IMG/VR virus record: IMGVR_UViG_3300042289_000700
Reading direction: 5' to 3' (one strand)
Length of the DNA: 64,000 bases
From: an uncultured virus (IMG/VR IMGVR_UViG_3300042289_000700)
Lineage: Duplodnaviria; Heunggongvirae; Uroviricota; Caudoviricetes
Shown: positions 28,153 through 37,931 of the stretch, in pieces
How positions within the stretch are numbered: position 1 is the stretch's first letter
How the letters are laid out: each line of letters opens with the position of its first letter
Notes under the pieces: generated by a model
Seen by the model: the letters and a program-made list of their open reading frames with translations, nothing else
What the model was told of the DNA's origin: nothing
The model's database searches: none
Program-made: the position numbers and the translations under genes

Positions 28153-28279
28153 TGATAGCTGATTCGCTGGTTGCGGCGGGGTTGCGCTGTCTGGCTGTCC
28201 CCGTCCCGCTGGCCTCGCGCCCCGCCCCGCCCCTACTCCGTCCCCTCTGTCCATGCCCATGACATGATAGCTGATTCGC
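28153..28279. repeat. 15-bp direct repeat TGATAGCTGATTCGC
   Basis: 28153-28167 and 28265-28279. Confidence 0.85.
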
Positions 28280-28663
28280 GGCTTATACGCCCCGTGGTGG
28301 CGTTTTGATTAGGCGTCCGCTGTCTTGGTATTGCCAACCCCACAGAGAAGCGGGGCAATGGCAAGCAATGCAATCCGCCCCCATCCAAGGGGGACAACGG
28401 GGAATGCTAGGGGGGAATCCCGAAACCTAATCTATTCCCCATTCGCCAACCTCTACAGGGGGAGCAAACAAGCTTTCCCCGTTCGCCTTGCCATGGGTGG
28501 CGAGCGTAGCTTGTCCCCTTGTCCCCGCCCCGTGAGCAATACCTGACAATTTTGTCATGCTTTGTAATTCATGCATTGGCTTTCCCCCATTCTCGCAGCG
28601 TATGCAATCCCCCCCGATTAAAACGAGCGTTCGACTTAAATTAAAAACAATTGAAAATATTCC

Positions 28664-28692
28664 TTGCCAAGCCTCCGCCCCCGCTTTAGCTT
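28664..28692 (+). promoter_or_regulatory. Early promoter TTGCCA-17-TAGCTT with A/T-rich upstream tract
   Basis: Read directly; ATG at 28702. Confidence 0.6.
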
Positions 28693-28701
28693 GTCCCCCG
28701 T

Positions 28702-28977
28702 ATGGAAAACCACAATGCAACAACAACGGGCACGGGGAATTCCGCCGTGCGTGAAACGATCAAGCGCGGAATGTGGGCGGGTTCGCCCCGCTACAATGGC
28801 GGGGATTCCGCCTTGGGAGAACGCAAAGTCTATTTCGCTCACGTTTGCGGATTCGCCGCTATCCGTGACGCTATCACCGACGAGATTCTCTATCACTTGA
28901 GCGAGCGTAGGACGCCAGAAGCGCACCTTGCATCAGCGGAAAAGATCGCTCGCAAGTTCGGCTGGGAGCTTGTTTGA
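28702..28977 (+). CDS. Early hypothetical protein
   Basis: First ORF after the promoter. Confidence 0.6.
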   Translation: MENHNATTTGTGNSAVRETIKRGMWAGSPRYNGGDSALGERKVYFAHVCGFAAIRDAITDEILYHLSERRTPEAHLASAEKIARKFGWELV

Positions 28978-29353
28978 TTGCTTCCCCGTCTCCCCGTGGC
29001 GATTGTCGCGGGGAGCAGGGGAGACAATCCCGCAACACCTAAAACACCATATGCAAATCACCGACACATTCCTTCACGGGATGACTCTTTTCGGGTCGTT
29101 CCTCATCCTCTGGACGTTTGTTCACTCATACTTTGACCTATGAGCAAGCAACCCTCCTTTGCACGTTGCAAGCTTCACTTGTCTTGCATTATTCGCAATC
29201 CGTCCCGCTGTTCTTTCTATGTTCGCGGGATCATTCGGGAATTTAAAGAGGCTTCTCCCTTTGCGCTTGTTTGCGTAGCGGGAATGTCTCCTTTTTTCGG
29301 GCTTTGTCTCGTCAAGTTCTTTTCTCAACACTAACACCTAACACTAACACCTA

Positions 29354-29617
29354 ATGAAAACGAAAAACATCAAACCTTGGAACCTCCGCGAGGGGGATCA
29401 AATCGTAATTGAAACCCTTCCCCGTGATATGGCGCGGGACGGCGCACCCCGTGCTTATGAGGTCACGGGCATATTGAAAACCCGTGGAGTCTTCACGGGC
29501 GGAAACCTCTGGAAGGTCAAATATGCTGACGGACAATCCCCGATTGGCTTTTCTGTCATTCAATACCACGGGAAAAAGGGAAACCTTCCCGCCGAATCCG
29601 CTTCAATCCTCGCCTAG
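29354..29617 (+). CDS. Early hypothetical protein
   Basis: MKT start after a tandem (AACACTAACACCT)x2 leader. Confidence 0.65.
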   Translation: MKTKNIKPWNLREGDQIVIETLPRDMARDGAPRAYEVTGILKTRGVFTGGNLWKVKYADGQSPIGFSVIQYHGKKGNLPAESASILA

Positions 29618-29624
29618 TATCACC

Positions 29625-30335
29625 ATGAAAACACTCCTATCTATCGACACTAACGCAAAGACAGTCAAAGGTCAGGCAAAAGGCTTTTTGACTGGCATTC
29701 TTTACCTTGCCCCCGTGAAGGAATCGGGCGCAATCAACGTTTGCCCCCATGCGTCCCAAGGGTGCGCGGCGGCTTGCCTATTCACGGCGGGGCGGGGAGC
29801 CTTTGACAATGTCAGAAGCGCGAGAGTCGCAAAGACTCTTGAATTCGTCCGTGATCGTGCCGCATTCATGGAAACACTCGCGGCGGAAGTTTCCCGCCTT
29901 ATCAAAAAAGCGGAAAAGCTTGGCATGACTCCGTGCGTCCGTTTAAACGGAACCTCTGATCTTCCTTGGGAAAAGATCCCGTGCGGGTCGTTTGCTTCCA
30001 TCATGGAAAGGTTCCCCGCGATTCAGTTCTATGATTACACTAAAAACCCAAACAGGATTGCGGCTTATCTGGAGGGGAAAATGCCCGCCAATTATCAATT
30101 GACCTTTTCGCGGTCAGAGGATAACGGGCCAATCGCCCTTTCCATCCTTGGGAGCGGGGGAAATGTCGCAATCGTTTTCTCCTCTGCCAAGCTTCCCGAA
30201 TCATTTCAGGGCAAGCCCGTGGTCGATGGGGACGAATCTGACCTTCGTTTCCTAGACCCTCGCGGGTGCGTTGTCGGTCTAAAGGCCAAGGGCAAAGCGC
30301 GAAAGGATGATTCGGGATTTGTGGTGCAAGTCTAG
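29625..30335 (+). CDS. GP88-family protein
   Basis: CP.AS.GC...CL, VRLNGTSD, FYDYTK, DGDESDLRFLD. Confidence 0.75.
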   Translation: MKTLLSIDTNAKTVKGQAKGFLTGILYLAPVKESGAINVCPHASQGCAAACLFTAGRGAFDNVRSARVAKTLEFVRDRAAFMETLAAEVSRLIKKAEKLGMTPCVRLNGTSDLPWEKIPCGSFASIMERFPAIQFYDYTKNPNRIAAYLEGKMPANYQLTFSRSEDNGPIALSILGSGGNVAIVFSSAKLPESFQGKPVVDGDESDLRFLDPRGCVVGLKAKGKARKDDSGFVVQV

Positions 30336-30399
30336 GCTTTCCCGCCTCGCCTCGCGGCATAGGGTCGCGGGGCGCACGGGGAAACCCAAACAAAATACC

Positions 30400-30645
30400 A
30401 TGATAACAAACGAAATCAAAAAGGGCATGCGCTTTCGCCTCCGTAGCGGGTGGCTGGCGACCATGCAGGACAATCGCAAAGGAAATATCCGCCTCGCGGA
30501 AGTAGAAGGGGACTACACGGAAACGGGGAGCGTTTACGCGCACGATATTGTTTCCGTTCTAATCGGGGACAATTGGCAAGCCGTAGAGCATACGGGACAA
30601 CAGCAAAAGGTGCGCGACCTAAACGTTGCGCTTTTCGGCGGCTAG
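30400..30645 (+). CDS. Early hypothetical protein
   Basis: MITNEIKKG...DNRKGNIR...GSVYAHDI. Confidence 0.7.
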   Translation: MITNEIKKGMRFRLRSGWLATMQDNRKGNIRLAEVEGDYTETGSVYAHDIVSVLIGDNWQAVEHTGQQQKVRDLNVALFGG

Positions 30646-30818
30646 AGTGACAAAGGGCGCGGCGGGTCCAATCCCCGCTTCCCTCCCCGATTTTCGCGCT
30701 TTAAATGCCCCTCTGAGACGTTTTTATTCCCTCCCCGCTATCGTGACACTCCCGAAAATATAGAAAGGCAAGCTATGATTCACGATCAATCTTCATCCTA
30801 TACCAAACGCAAACGATA

Positions 30819-31199
30819 ATGAACTCGCGCAACAATGTGACAAGGGGCGTGAACATAAACGACAAAGCCCAACCTTTCACCGATCAAATCCTGACGGGAC
30901 AAAAGACAATTGAAACGAGGCGGACAAATTCCCTCCGCCCCTATATCGGGCAGAAGGTTGGAATCATTCGGACGGGGAAAGGTCAGGCCATGCTTGTCGG
31001 ATTTGCTGTTATCGGGGAACCTGTATTTTACAGAACAAAAGCAGAATTTTCCGCCGATTTTGCGCGGCATCAGGTAGGTGACAAAAGCAAATTCGGATTT
31101 CGGCGGGGCGGCAAATTCGGATATCCTCTCACGATGGTGACAAGGTGCAAACCGCAACCCGTATTTTCGCGGGGAATCATTGCCCGAAAACTTTCTTGA
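30819..31199 (+). CDS. ASCH-domain protein
   Basis: QPFTDQILTGQKTIETR matches the ASCH GxKxxExR motif. Confidence 0.7.
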   Translation: MNSRNNVTRGVNINDKAQPFTDQILTGQKTIETRRTNSLRPYIGQKVGIIRTGKGQAMLVGFAVIGEPVFYRTKAEFSADFARHQVGDKSKFGFRRGGKFGYPLTMVTRCKPQPVFSRGIIARKLS

Positions 31200-31218
31200 A
31201 CTATTTTAAAAAAACCAG

Positions 31219-31246
31219 TTGACAAACTTTCTTCCCAAGCTATTTT
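31219..31246 (+). promoter_or_regulatory. Promoter TTGACA-16-TATTTT
   Basis: Read directly; A-tract upstream. Confidence 0.55.
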
Positions 31247-31335
31247 TACTTTCATCGAACCAAACCTTGCCCCGATAGGGTGACAAAATGCGGAACGATA
31301 AAAACCACAAAAACACAAATAGAAAACAAAACATC

Positions 31336-32379
31336 ATGGATATGATCGATGCAACAGTTGACAAGGTCTACAGCAAGGTTTCCCGCGAATGGCACGGGAA
31401 AGCTATCGTGACCTCTGTCATAAACGAGGAAACCATCAACACTATCATGCCCCCCATTGTGGAGGGTGAAATCGCGGTGAACATCGGCGGCGAGCAAGTC
31501 TCGCTGGAAAACAAAAAGGCAATCGTGGCGGACTATCGTTTCCGCGATGACATTCCCCAAGGGGAGCAATTGGTTCCGCTCTCCATCATGGGGAAAGACT
31601 ATCGGGTGATCGAAAATCGCGAGGTTTTCAATGCGGTGAAAAACGCAATTGATAATTTCGGACTCGACGCCGAAATCGTGACCGCTGGAACAGTTCGCAA
31701 GGGCCGTTCGTTCTTCATTTCCCTACAACAGGCGCAAAGCTACGAAGTGGAATTGCGCGAGGGTGACCGCTGGACGTTCTATCTGAACCTTGCAACTTCC
31801 CACGATGGCACTGATGCTCTGGTTTCCACGATTTGCGGATTCCGACAAGTCTGCTGGAACACTGTCCGCGCATCAATCGATTCATCGGACGTTAAGGTAA
31901 AGATATTCCATACCAAAAACGCCGATATGCAACTCGACGCCTTGCCCGAAATCCTTGTTGCCATGCGGAATAAGCAAACCGATATGGTCGAGGCACTCGC
32001 GCATCTGGCGGGGATCAAATGCGATATCGTGAAGGCGAGGCGCATCATCAACGGATACTTCTCCCGTTTGCAGGGCGGAAATACCGAATTCGCTACGCGA
32101 ACCGCGAACACTGTTGACGGCATCGTCTCGACGTTTCGCACAGGCAAGGGCAATCGTGGGGAGACTCTCTACGATCTGGTCAATGGAGTCACCGAATTCT
32201 ATACCCACGGGGATGGAGTCGGAAAGACTGGAACAGGATTGGTCAAAACCTATCGTTCGGAATTCGGTTCAGCGGCGGAGCATAAAGAACGCTTCCTGAA
32301 CCTAGTCCGCGATTCCAATCGCCGCGAGGCAATGGAAGAATTGGGTGCGCGAGTCACGCTCGCCACTGCCCTGAACTAG
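31336..32379 (+). CDS. DUF932-family protein
   Basis: Y.VIEN.E.F, TAG, TSHDGT, RQVCWNT, HT, LYDLVNGVTE. Confidence 0.8.
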   Translation: MDMIDATVDKVYSKVSREWHGKAIVTSVINEETINTIMPPIVEGEIAVNIGGEQVSLENKKAIVADYRFRDDIPQGEQLVPLSIMGKDYRVIENREVFNAVKNAIDNFGLDAEIVTAGTVRKGRSFFISLQQAQSYEVELREGDRWTFYLNLATSHDGTDALVSTICGFRQVCWNTVRASIDSSDVKVKIFHTKNADMQLDALPEILVAMRNKQTDMVEALAHLAGIKCDIVKARRIINGYFSRLQGGNTEFATRTANTVDGIVSTFRTGKGNRGETLYDLVNGVTEFYTHGDGVGKTGTGLVKTYRSEFGSAAEHKERFLNLVRDSNRREAMEELGARVTLATALN

Positions 32380-32441
32380 GGTTTTCCATCTGCTCTCCCA
32401 TGCGGAGGGCAGAATGGGGAACCTTCCCCGATAACACCACA

Positions 32442-32648
32442 ATGAAAACCACTGACAAAATCAAAGCAGCAAAGCATTTCGGATTAGACCAATCCATGAT
32501 GAGATGCCGCGCACTAAAGTTGGCACTCTATGAGTATGCCTCAATCCATCCGCGCATGGACAAGATCACGCGCATTCTAGAGCGTTACCGCTTGGGGGAT
32601 GCGTTCGCCTTCTATGCCGCGAAACCCGAAGCATTCGGAATCCGCTAA
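32442..32648 (+). CDS. Early hypothetical protein
   Basis: MKT start after A/C-rich leader. Confidence 0.6.
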   Translation: MKTTDKIKAAKHFGLDQSMMRCRALKLALYEYASIHPRMDKITRILERYRLGDAFAFYAAKPEAFGIR

Positions 32649-32650
32649 CC

Positions 32651-32812
32651 ATGAAAACACCTGAAGAAATCACAAAGCAATTGAATGACGCCGTTTCAGT
32701 GATCATCCTCTCACCAGAGATCCGAAAGTTCCTCACTGCATACGATCCCAAAGCGCTTGAACAATGCTTCGACGCATTCAACGCCTATCGCAATAGCACA
32801 AAAACCAAATAG
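32651..32812 (+). CDS. Early hypothetical protein (53 aa)
   Basis: MKTPEEITKQ...; read manually. Confidence 0.55.
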   Translation: MKTPEEITKQLNDAVSVIILSPEIRKFLTAYDPKALEQCFDAFNAYRNSTKTK

Positions 32813-32822
32813 AAAAACACCA

Positions 32823-33068
32823 ATGAAAACAAAATGGAACTTCAACGGCCAGATGACACGCCTCCGCGAGGGGGATCTGGTCACATTCGATGGACGCGAG
32901 TCCAAGGTTGTTCGGGTCACTCCGACAGCCGCATACATCTCATTGCCCCGTCAGGTGCATGAGTTTGAGACAAGGTTCGGGGAACAGGTCAAGTTCGTTG
33001 CCCCCGCGAAGACAGTGGCGATCAGTGCCAACTCCGAAATTCCAATCCTGAACAGGAGGGCGGCATGA
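32823..33068 (+). CDS. Early hypothetical protein
   Basis: MKTKW start. Confidence 0.6.
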   Translation: MKTKWNFNGQMTRLREGDLVTFDGRESKVVRVTPTAAYISLPRQVHEFETRFGEQVKFVAPAKTVAISANSEIPILNRRAA

Positions 33069-33397
33069 GCTATCTAATCACACTCGACAAAGAAATATCA
33101 GTTGGTGACAAGGTGTATTATGCCTTGGTTCAGGCTGATGTAGAGTTCCACGATTCGGAAGATCCCGAACCCTGTGGAGTGGAAATAAACAACGCCGAAA
33201 TATCCCCTCTGGATGGGGATCTCCTTCCCTTGGCCTATGAGGGGCGGAGGATCGAAAAAGTCATCGTCACGGGGCTTCCAGAGCTAACAGAGGCTATCGA
33301 TTCCGCTCTATGGGATGAGATCCAGACCTATACGGAGGACAATTACCAAGATCTGATGCGGGATCTTCGGGATGCCTGCGACGAACGCGATCTGTGA
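33065..33397 (+). CDS. Acidic hypothetical protein
   Basis: D/E-rich coupled ORF. Confidence 0.65.
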   Translation: MSYLITLDKEISVGDKVYYALVQADVEFHDSEDPEPCGVEINNAEISPLDGDLLPLAYEGRRIEKVIVTGLPELTEAIDSALWDEIQTYTEDNYQDLMRDLRDACDERDL

Positions 33398-33681
33398 GAA
33401 GGCGCATCACCATCACGATTTGGGATGATCTCCCCATCCCTGCGAAAGTTCGACCCTTTCCCGTGATGAAGCATCCTCTCCATGAGATGTTAAAACAATT
33501 GGAAATTGGTCAGGCTTTGGATTGGCCCCGTGACTTAAACGAGCAAGATCCCAACAAGCTCCGCGCCATCATGCAGCGCCATCAAAAAACAACTGGAAAG
33601 AAGTTCACCATGCGGACCATTTGGCCCAAGCCTTGGTCAGGTGACAAAAGGCCGATCCGCCGCATCTGGAGGACCGCTTAA
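33394..33681 (+). CDS. Small DNA-binding-like protein
   Basis: LEIGQ...KKFTMR...IRRIWRTA pattern. Confidence 0.55.
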   Translation: MRRRITITIWDDLPIPAKVRPFPVMKHPLHEMLKQLEIGQALDWPRDLNEQDPNKLRAIMQRHQKTTGKKFTMRTIWPKPWSGDKRPIRRIWRTA

Positions 33682-33924
33682 TGACCATAGGTTGCCCACT
33701 TCTTTTCCCCCGCCCGCTTTCTGGCTCCACGCCCCTTGCGGTCAGGCCGATTACGGATTTCCTGAAAGGTCAACCTTCGGGGTTTATCCCTCGGAGGGGA
33801 CTTGTATCTTTCCTCGGTGACATAGGGCGATTCGCCATCCTCGGCGGGAAAATCATTGATCGACCACGAAGATTTCATTGAACGTCAAGTAGGCTTTCAA
33901 TGTCTATACCACAACAAACCACAC

Positions 33925-34146
33925 ATGAAAACAGCAATCGGAACCTACAAACCCGCCACTTCCCTGCGTATTGGGATGGCGGACATCGTTAACCTTGAGA
34001 TGGTGCTGATGCGTCATATCACAAGGGAATTCAAGGACCGCAATTCGCGGCCCTTCATCAAGCCTCTTCAGCGTCTCGACATTCGGGATGCGGTCAAGGC
34101 CCTGCGCTCAATCAAAAACTCAAAGCTTCAATACCATGTGGACTGA
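33925..34146 (+). CDS. Early hypothetical protein
   Basis: Likely start MKTAIG. Confidence 0.6.
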   Translation: MKTAIGTYKPATSLRIGMADIVNLEMVLMRHITREFKDRNSRPFIKPLQRLDIRDAVKALRSIKNSKLQYHVD

Positions 34147-34354
34147 TGCCTGTGGCAATGACCACTACGAATTCTGGGAGGGGATCAAGATCAATGGCAA
34201 GACCCACCAATCCCGCCCTCTGTATGCCCTATGCGAGGAGTTCGGGGATGCACAGGTATTGGATGCCTGCATGCACCTTGGGTGCTTGCCCTACGTTCAG
34301 GATCTGTCCGCGATTCGGGCCGAATGCCAACGTCAGGAGGATTCCTATGTCTAA
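34136..34354 (+). CDS. Early hypothetical protein
   Basis: Likely start MWTD. Confidence 0.5.
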   Translation: MWTDACGNDHYEFWEGIKINGKTHQSRPLYALCEEFGDAQVLDACMHLGCLPYVQDLSAIRAECQRQEDSYV

Positions 34355-34550
34355 AGAACAAGTAAGATTTGTTTGCGACATGGCGCATGACCTCATGCTT
34401 TGGTTGCGGGGAACCCCGAAACAACAACCTTCGCTGCTGGCCCGCTCCATCCACTTCTCCACCAAGGCAGATTGGATGCAGCGACTGGTAGCCTACGGCC
34501 AGTTAGACAACTGGCTATCCAACAAACACAAAACCACAAATGAAAGCTAA
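34347..34550 (+). CDS. Early hypothetical protein
   Basis: Likely start MSKEQ. Confidence 0.5.
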   Translation: MSKEQVRFVCDMAHDLMLWLRGTPKQQPSLLARSIHFSTKADWMQRLVAYGQLDNWLSNKHKTTNES

Positions 34551-34691
34551 AATCGGAAAGTATAAACCATCAATCGAAACCATGCTGGCCCGCGCCAATG
34601 CGCGGAGCTACGGATTCAAACGCCCGCAACGCAAGTTCAACACCTACACCAAGGACGAGGTAACCCTGCTTGCCCGCAACCTGAAATCACA

Positions 34692-34985
34692 ATGAAAACC
34701 ATGAACCCACAAGAAAGAGAACAGAAAGCAATTGAATCCATGAACAGGTGTAGCAAGTTGAGAAACGAGCTTATCACCGAAACCGAAAACCTAGCAACCA
34801 TAGTGCAAGGCAGCAAACAGGTAATTCTGTGCGCGGCATTCACCCGAAAATGGAACTCCAACCATATCCAAAACTGGTGGAAGAATCGCGGCCCCAGCTT
34901 CATAGACAAATGGCGTCACGATGAGGCTTATGCTTCCGCCGCGTCCAAACTAACCGCTGAAGAACGCAAAGTTCTCGGAATCTAA
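34692..34985 (+). CDS. Early hypothetical protein
   Basis: Ends KLTAEERKVLGI. Confidence 0.65.
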   Translation: MKTMNPQEREQKAIESMNRCSKLRNELITETENLATIVQGSKQVILCAAFTRKWNSNHIQNWWKNRGPSFIDKWRHDEAYASAASKLTAEERKVLGI

Positions 34986-34989
34986 TCCA

Positions 34990-35238
34990 ATGAAAACCCA
35001 TCGCCACTACACAGTAGCCGCCGATAACCGCTTGCGTAGAGCGAGAGGGGGTTGCGCGGCAGTCTGGAACGACAGCAATACCATCGAACTGACGATGACT
35101 GTTCAGGAGATTCGGGCTTTGGAGAAACGCTTCTTCATCGATATTGAAGATGTTATTTCCGACGAACTAATGGGCAAACTCCTCCACCACTTCAGGGACG
35201 AGGGCAGGTTGTTGGACGAGGAGGGAGTCAGAATATGA
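34990..35238 (+). CDS. Early hypothetical protein
   Basis: MKT start. Confidence 0.55.
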   Translation: MKTHRHYTVAADNRLRRARGGCAAVWNDSNTIELTMTVQEIRALEKRFFIDIEDVISDELMGKLLHHFRDEGRLLDEEGVRI

Positions 35239-35338
35239 TTAACCTCATCATTGATGGGTTCTTTATCCTTCTGTTTATAGTAGTGTTCGGAACCATCATC
35301 TTCTACAACGTCGATCAAATAACCAAATACAGAAAAAA

Positions 35339-35557
35339 ATGAAATCATACGCACTGGACACACACAATTCCTCGCTTGGAATTGGAATCAACATAACCCC
35401 AATTGATGATGCTCCATTCATTGTGATTGAGGGTAAAATGACGGACGGAAGCGACCACTATACGGCGATTCCGATTGAACCATTTGTAGATGAACTGATG
35501 CGGATTTGCTTGTGCCACAAAGAGGCTGTCAAAATGTCCGCATACAGATATAACTAA
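35339..35557 (+). CDS. Early hypothetical protein
   Basis: ORF in the co-directional run. Confidence 0.55.
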   Translation: MKSYALDTHNSSLGIGINITPIDDAPFIVIEGKMTDGSDHYTAIPIEPFVDELMRICLCHKEAVKMSAYRYN

Positions 35558-35741
35558 AAATGAACTGGAATAAATACATAGCAATGATGGTTGTGCTTAC
35601 GGCTTTTGTTGCCATCATCACGGCAGTCGAGGCTCCGCGCAAACCAAAGAAGGAGGGTGAGACAATCTATGTCCTACCCCTCGTAGAGGATATGCCCGCT
35701 GTGGCGAATCCCCTGCAATTCTAATCAAGGCAAGATCAACC

Positions 35742-35778
35742 AAGGGGAGGGGGCAGATTGCCTCCTCCCTTTTTATTT
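35742..35778 (+). terminator. Terminator ending the early region
   Basis: AAGGGGAGGGGGCA-GAT-TGCCTCCTCCCTT followed by a T-rich tract. Confidence 0.8.
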
Positions 35779-35780
35779 GG

Positions 35781-35809
35781 TTGATTACCCACTATCCCTG
35801 TACTAGCTT
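35781..35809 (+). promoter_or_regulatory. Promoter TTGATT-17-TAGCTT for the glycan-modification operon
   Basis: Read directly. Confidence 0.55.
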
Positions 35810-35854
35810 GGGGCGAACCTAGTCAGGGGGACTAGAATAATTTTAAAAAATAAC

Positions 35855-36622
35855 GTGATGATAACGACAAACCACTTGAGATCCGCTTACGAGAATAATT
35901 CTTTTTCGTTTGGGAATTCGGGAGCTTCATCCGTAATTTGCTTGGTTGGAAGTTGTCGCATTGTTCCAATCCTCAACTATTTACGCGCATACAACGAACT
36001 GAGCGGACATCCGTTTGAGTTGTTATGCTTCAATCCAGTTGAGATGTGGCGCGGGGTGGGAACGGATGTCGGAGACTGTGCCACCGAACTCCTCAAGAAT
36101 TACCGCTTCGGGAAAGTGGACTTCCTTGTCAGTGAGCATACAGTGCGCTGCGGGGCACTTAACACCGTGGCTGGAACGACTCCCAACATTTTTGACACTC
36201 TTGGCTGCAATCCCAGCTTGCATGTGCGCTTGCCTAATTGGAACAACATGCACATATTCGATGCGGAGACCGCTATGTGGGATGCGAGCTATGCGAATAT
36301 GGCCGTGGAGGAGAGGGTTTGCAAACTCAAGCAACAGTCGGATCTGCATAAAAGTCGATTTATCACCTACTGTCAGCAGTGCAGCTTTCCAGAAATAACC
36401 GATTGGGTGGAGTCTGAGTGGCTGACCACCCGCATGGGCTGGAGCAGCAACCACCCAAGCCTTCCGCTAATCTGGAGGATCTTCAACGGTGTGGCTGGGA
36501 AGCTGGGCATTACGATCACTCCAGAATTGGCGGCACATCCGATGTGCGTGACCGATGTCTATGCATCAACTGGAATACCACTCAACAAAATCGACTACGA
36601 GGCCAATAACTGGAAATTCTAA
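35855..36622 (+). CDS. WcbI-like polysaccharide biosynthesis protein
   Basis: N-terminal LVGSCR and C-terminal NHPS motifs. Confidence 0.45.
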   Translation: MMITTNHLRSAYENNSFSFGNSGASSVICLVGSCRIVPILNYLRAYNELSGHPFELLCFNPVEMWRGVGTDVGDCATELLKNYRFGKVDFLVSEHTVRCGALNTVAGTTPNIFDTLGCNPSLHVRLPNWNNMHIFDAETAMWDASYANMAVEERVCKLKQQSDLHKSRFITYCQQCSFPEITDWVESEWLTTRMGWSSNHPSLPLIWRIFNGVAGKLGITITPELAAHPMCVTDVYASTGIPLNKIDYEANNWKF

Positions 36623-36627
36623 CAACT

Positions 36628-37413
36628 ATGAAAATCGACAGAGTAATGCTGGTGTGGGACGGGAACCCGTTCTACGAAGGGTTTTATGAAATGCATGAGA
36701 AACTGTGGGCGAGGCTCGGAATCAATACTGGTCTTGTGTTCATATCGAATGGTACCAACGCCCATGCGATTCCAAAGACGGGCGATGTCCGTGTTCTTGA
36801 AGACCGAAGCACAGTTCCGTTCTCACCGCCCCCAAAACGAAGCTGGAAGGCCACCATGGGGATTATCCACGGGCCGCGCCTGTTCCCCAACGAAGTCGTT
36901 ATGGTCACTGGGATGGATCAGTTTCCCGCCAGCAAAAGATTTATAAACGCGATTGAATCCATTCCAGAGGACGAGCTTGTGACCGCATTGGGAAGCAGGG
37001 ATCACATCACAACCAACCATATTGTCGCCCATTGTGATGTATGGTCAAAAATCATGGAACCCGCTCCGATGGATTTCACCGAATTTCTTGAATGGACTTG
37101 GGCGCTCAACCTGAACGTCGATGGCCACAGGGACGCCAACCAGCAGACTATCGCCGTAGGATGGGGGAATGACGAAGTGCTGTTTGCGAAACTTGTCCGC
37201 GAGTCTGGAGTGAAGGTCCGCACCGTCTTTGATGACCCTTGGCCGCAATGGCTAGACAGGGTTCTTGGCATAACACAAACAACTCCAGATCCAGAAAAGC
37301 TGCGATCAGGTTGGTATTCAGAGTTACACATCAGGCTTCCAATGTCAGACTTGGACAGAAACACATTTGATACACTATGCAACATGAACCAATTCCCAAT
37401 AGGAGATAAATAA
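36628..37413 (+). CDS. Glycosyltransferase-like protein
   Basis: MKIDRV...NPFY start; TGMD, WGNDE. Confidence 0.45.
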   Translation: MKIDRVMLVWDGNPFYEGFYEMHEKLWARLGINTGLVFISNGTNAHAIPKTGDVRVLEDRSTVPFSPPPKRSWKATMGIIHGPRLFPNEVVMVTGMDQFPASKRFINAIESIPEDELVTALGSRDHITTNHIVAHCDVWSKIMEPAPMDFTEFLEWTWALNLNVDGHRDANQQTIAVGWGNDEVLFAKLVRESGVKVRTVFDDPWPQWLDRVLGITQTTPDPEKLRSGWYSELHIRLPMSDLDRNTFDTLCNMNQFPIGDK

Positions 37414-37415
37414 TT

Positions 37416-37931
37416 ATGGATACAAATACATTAACAGAAAAACCCTCAATGGATTGGGGGAGCCACCTCCCAGCTTTGGTAGCATGTGTCGCAGCCTGCG
37501 ATGGACCCGTGTTGGAGATTGGGGCAGGCCACCATTCAACCCCCGTTTTGCATTCTCTGTGCGCGGTGCTTGGCAAAAAGCTTGTCACGGTTGAGGCAGA
37601 AGATGTGTGGCGCGAAGTTTTCGCGGATTACGCGACTGATAACCATAAGGTTCTCAAGCAGACAGACGAATTGCTGGTTGCGCTGGCCTCCGAAAAATGG
37701 GGTGTTGTATTTGTGGATGATCTGAAGGGTCCGCGAGACGAAAGGGCGCGTCTGTTTTGCCGCTCCTCACAGTTTATGGTGTTCCACGATTACTCCATGC
37801 CATTCTTTGGTGGGCCGCTGGATGAATGGCTTGGGTCGGAGAAGTTCAACTCCTTTGTCTATCGCCGTTACGATCCTCATACGCTAGTAGTATCGGCTAA
37901 CTCCGATATACCCGTCTTCTCGCCACAATGA
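37416..37931 (+). CDS. Class I SAM-dependent methyltransferase
   Basis: VLEIGAGHHST, VFVDD, VFHD. Confidence 0.75.
   Translation: MDTNTLTEKPSMDWGSHLPALVACVAACDGPVLEIGAGHHSTPVLHSLCAVLGKKLVTVEAEDVWREVFADYATDNHKVLKQTDELLVALASEKWGVVFVDDLKGPRDERARLFCRSSQFMVFHDYSMPFFGGPLDEWLGSEKFNSFVYRRYDPHTLVVSANSDIPVFSPQ

Noticed and set aside
28488..28512. Second early promoter TTGCCA...TAGCTT
   Set aside because: Spacer is only 13 nt despite resembling the 28664 promoter
29327..29352. Tandem 13-bp repeat as an array
   Set aside because: Only two units; explained as a duplicated A/C-rich leader
30651..30690. tRNA (GCGGGTCCAATCCCCGC resembles a T-arm)
   Set aside because: No D-arm, anticodon arm or acceptor stem could be built; treated as a simple hairpin
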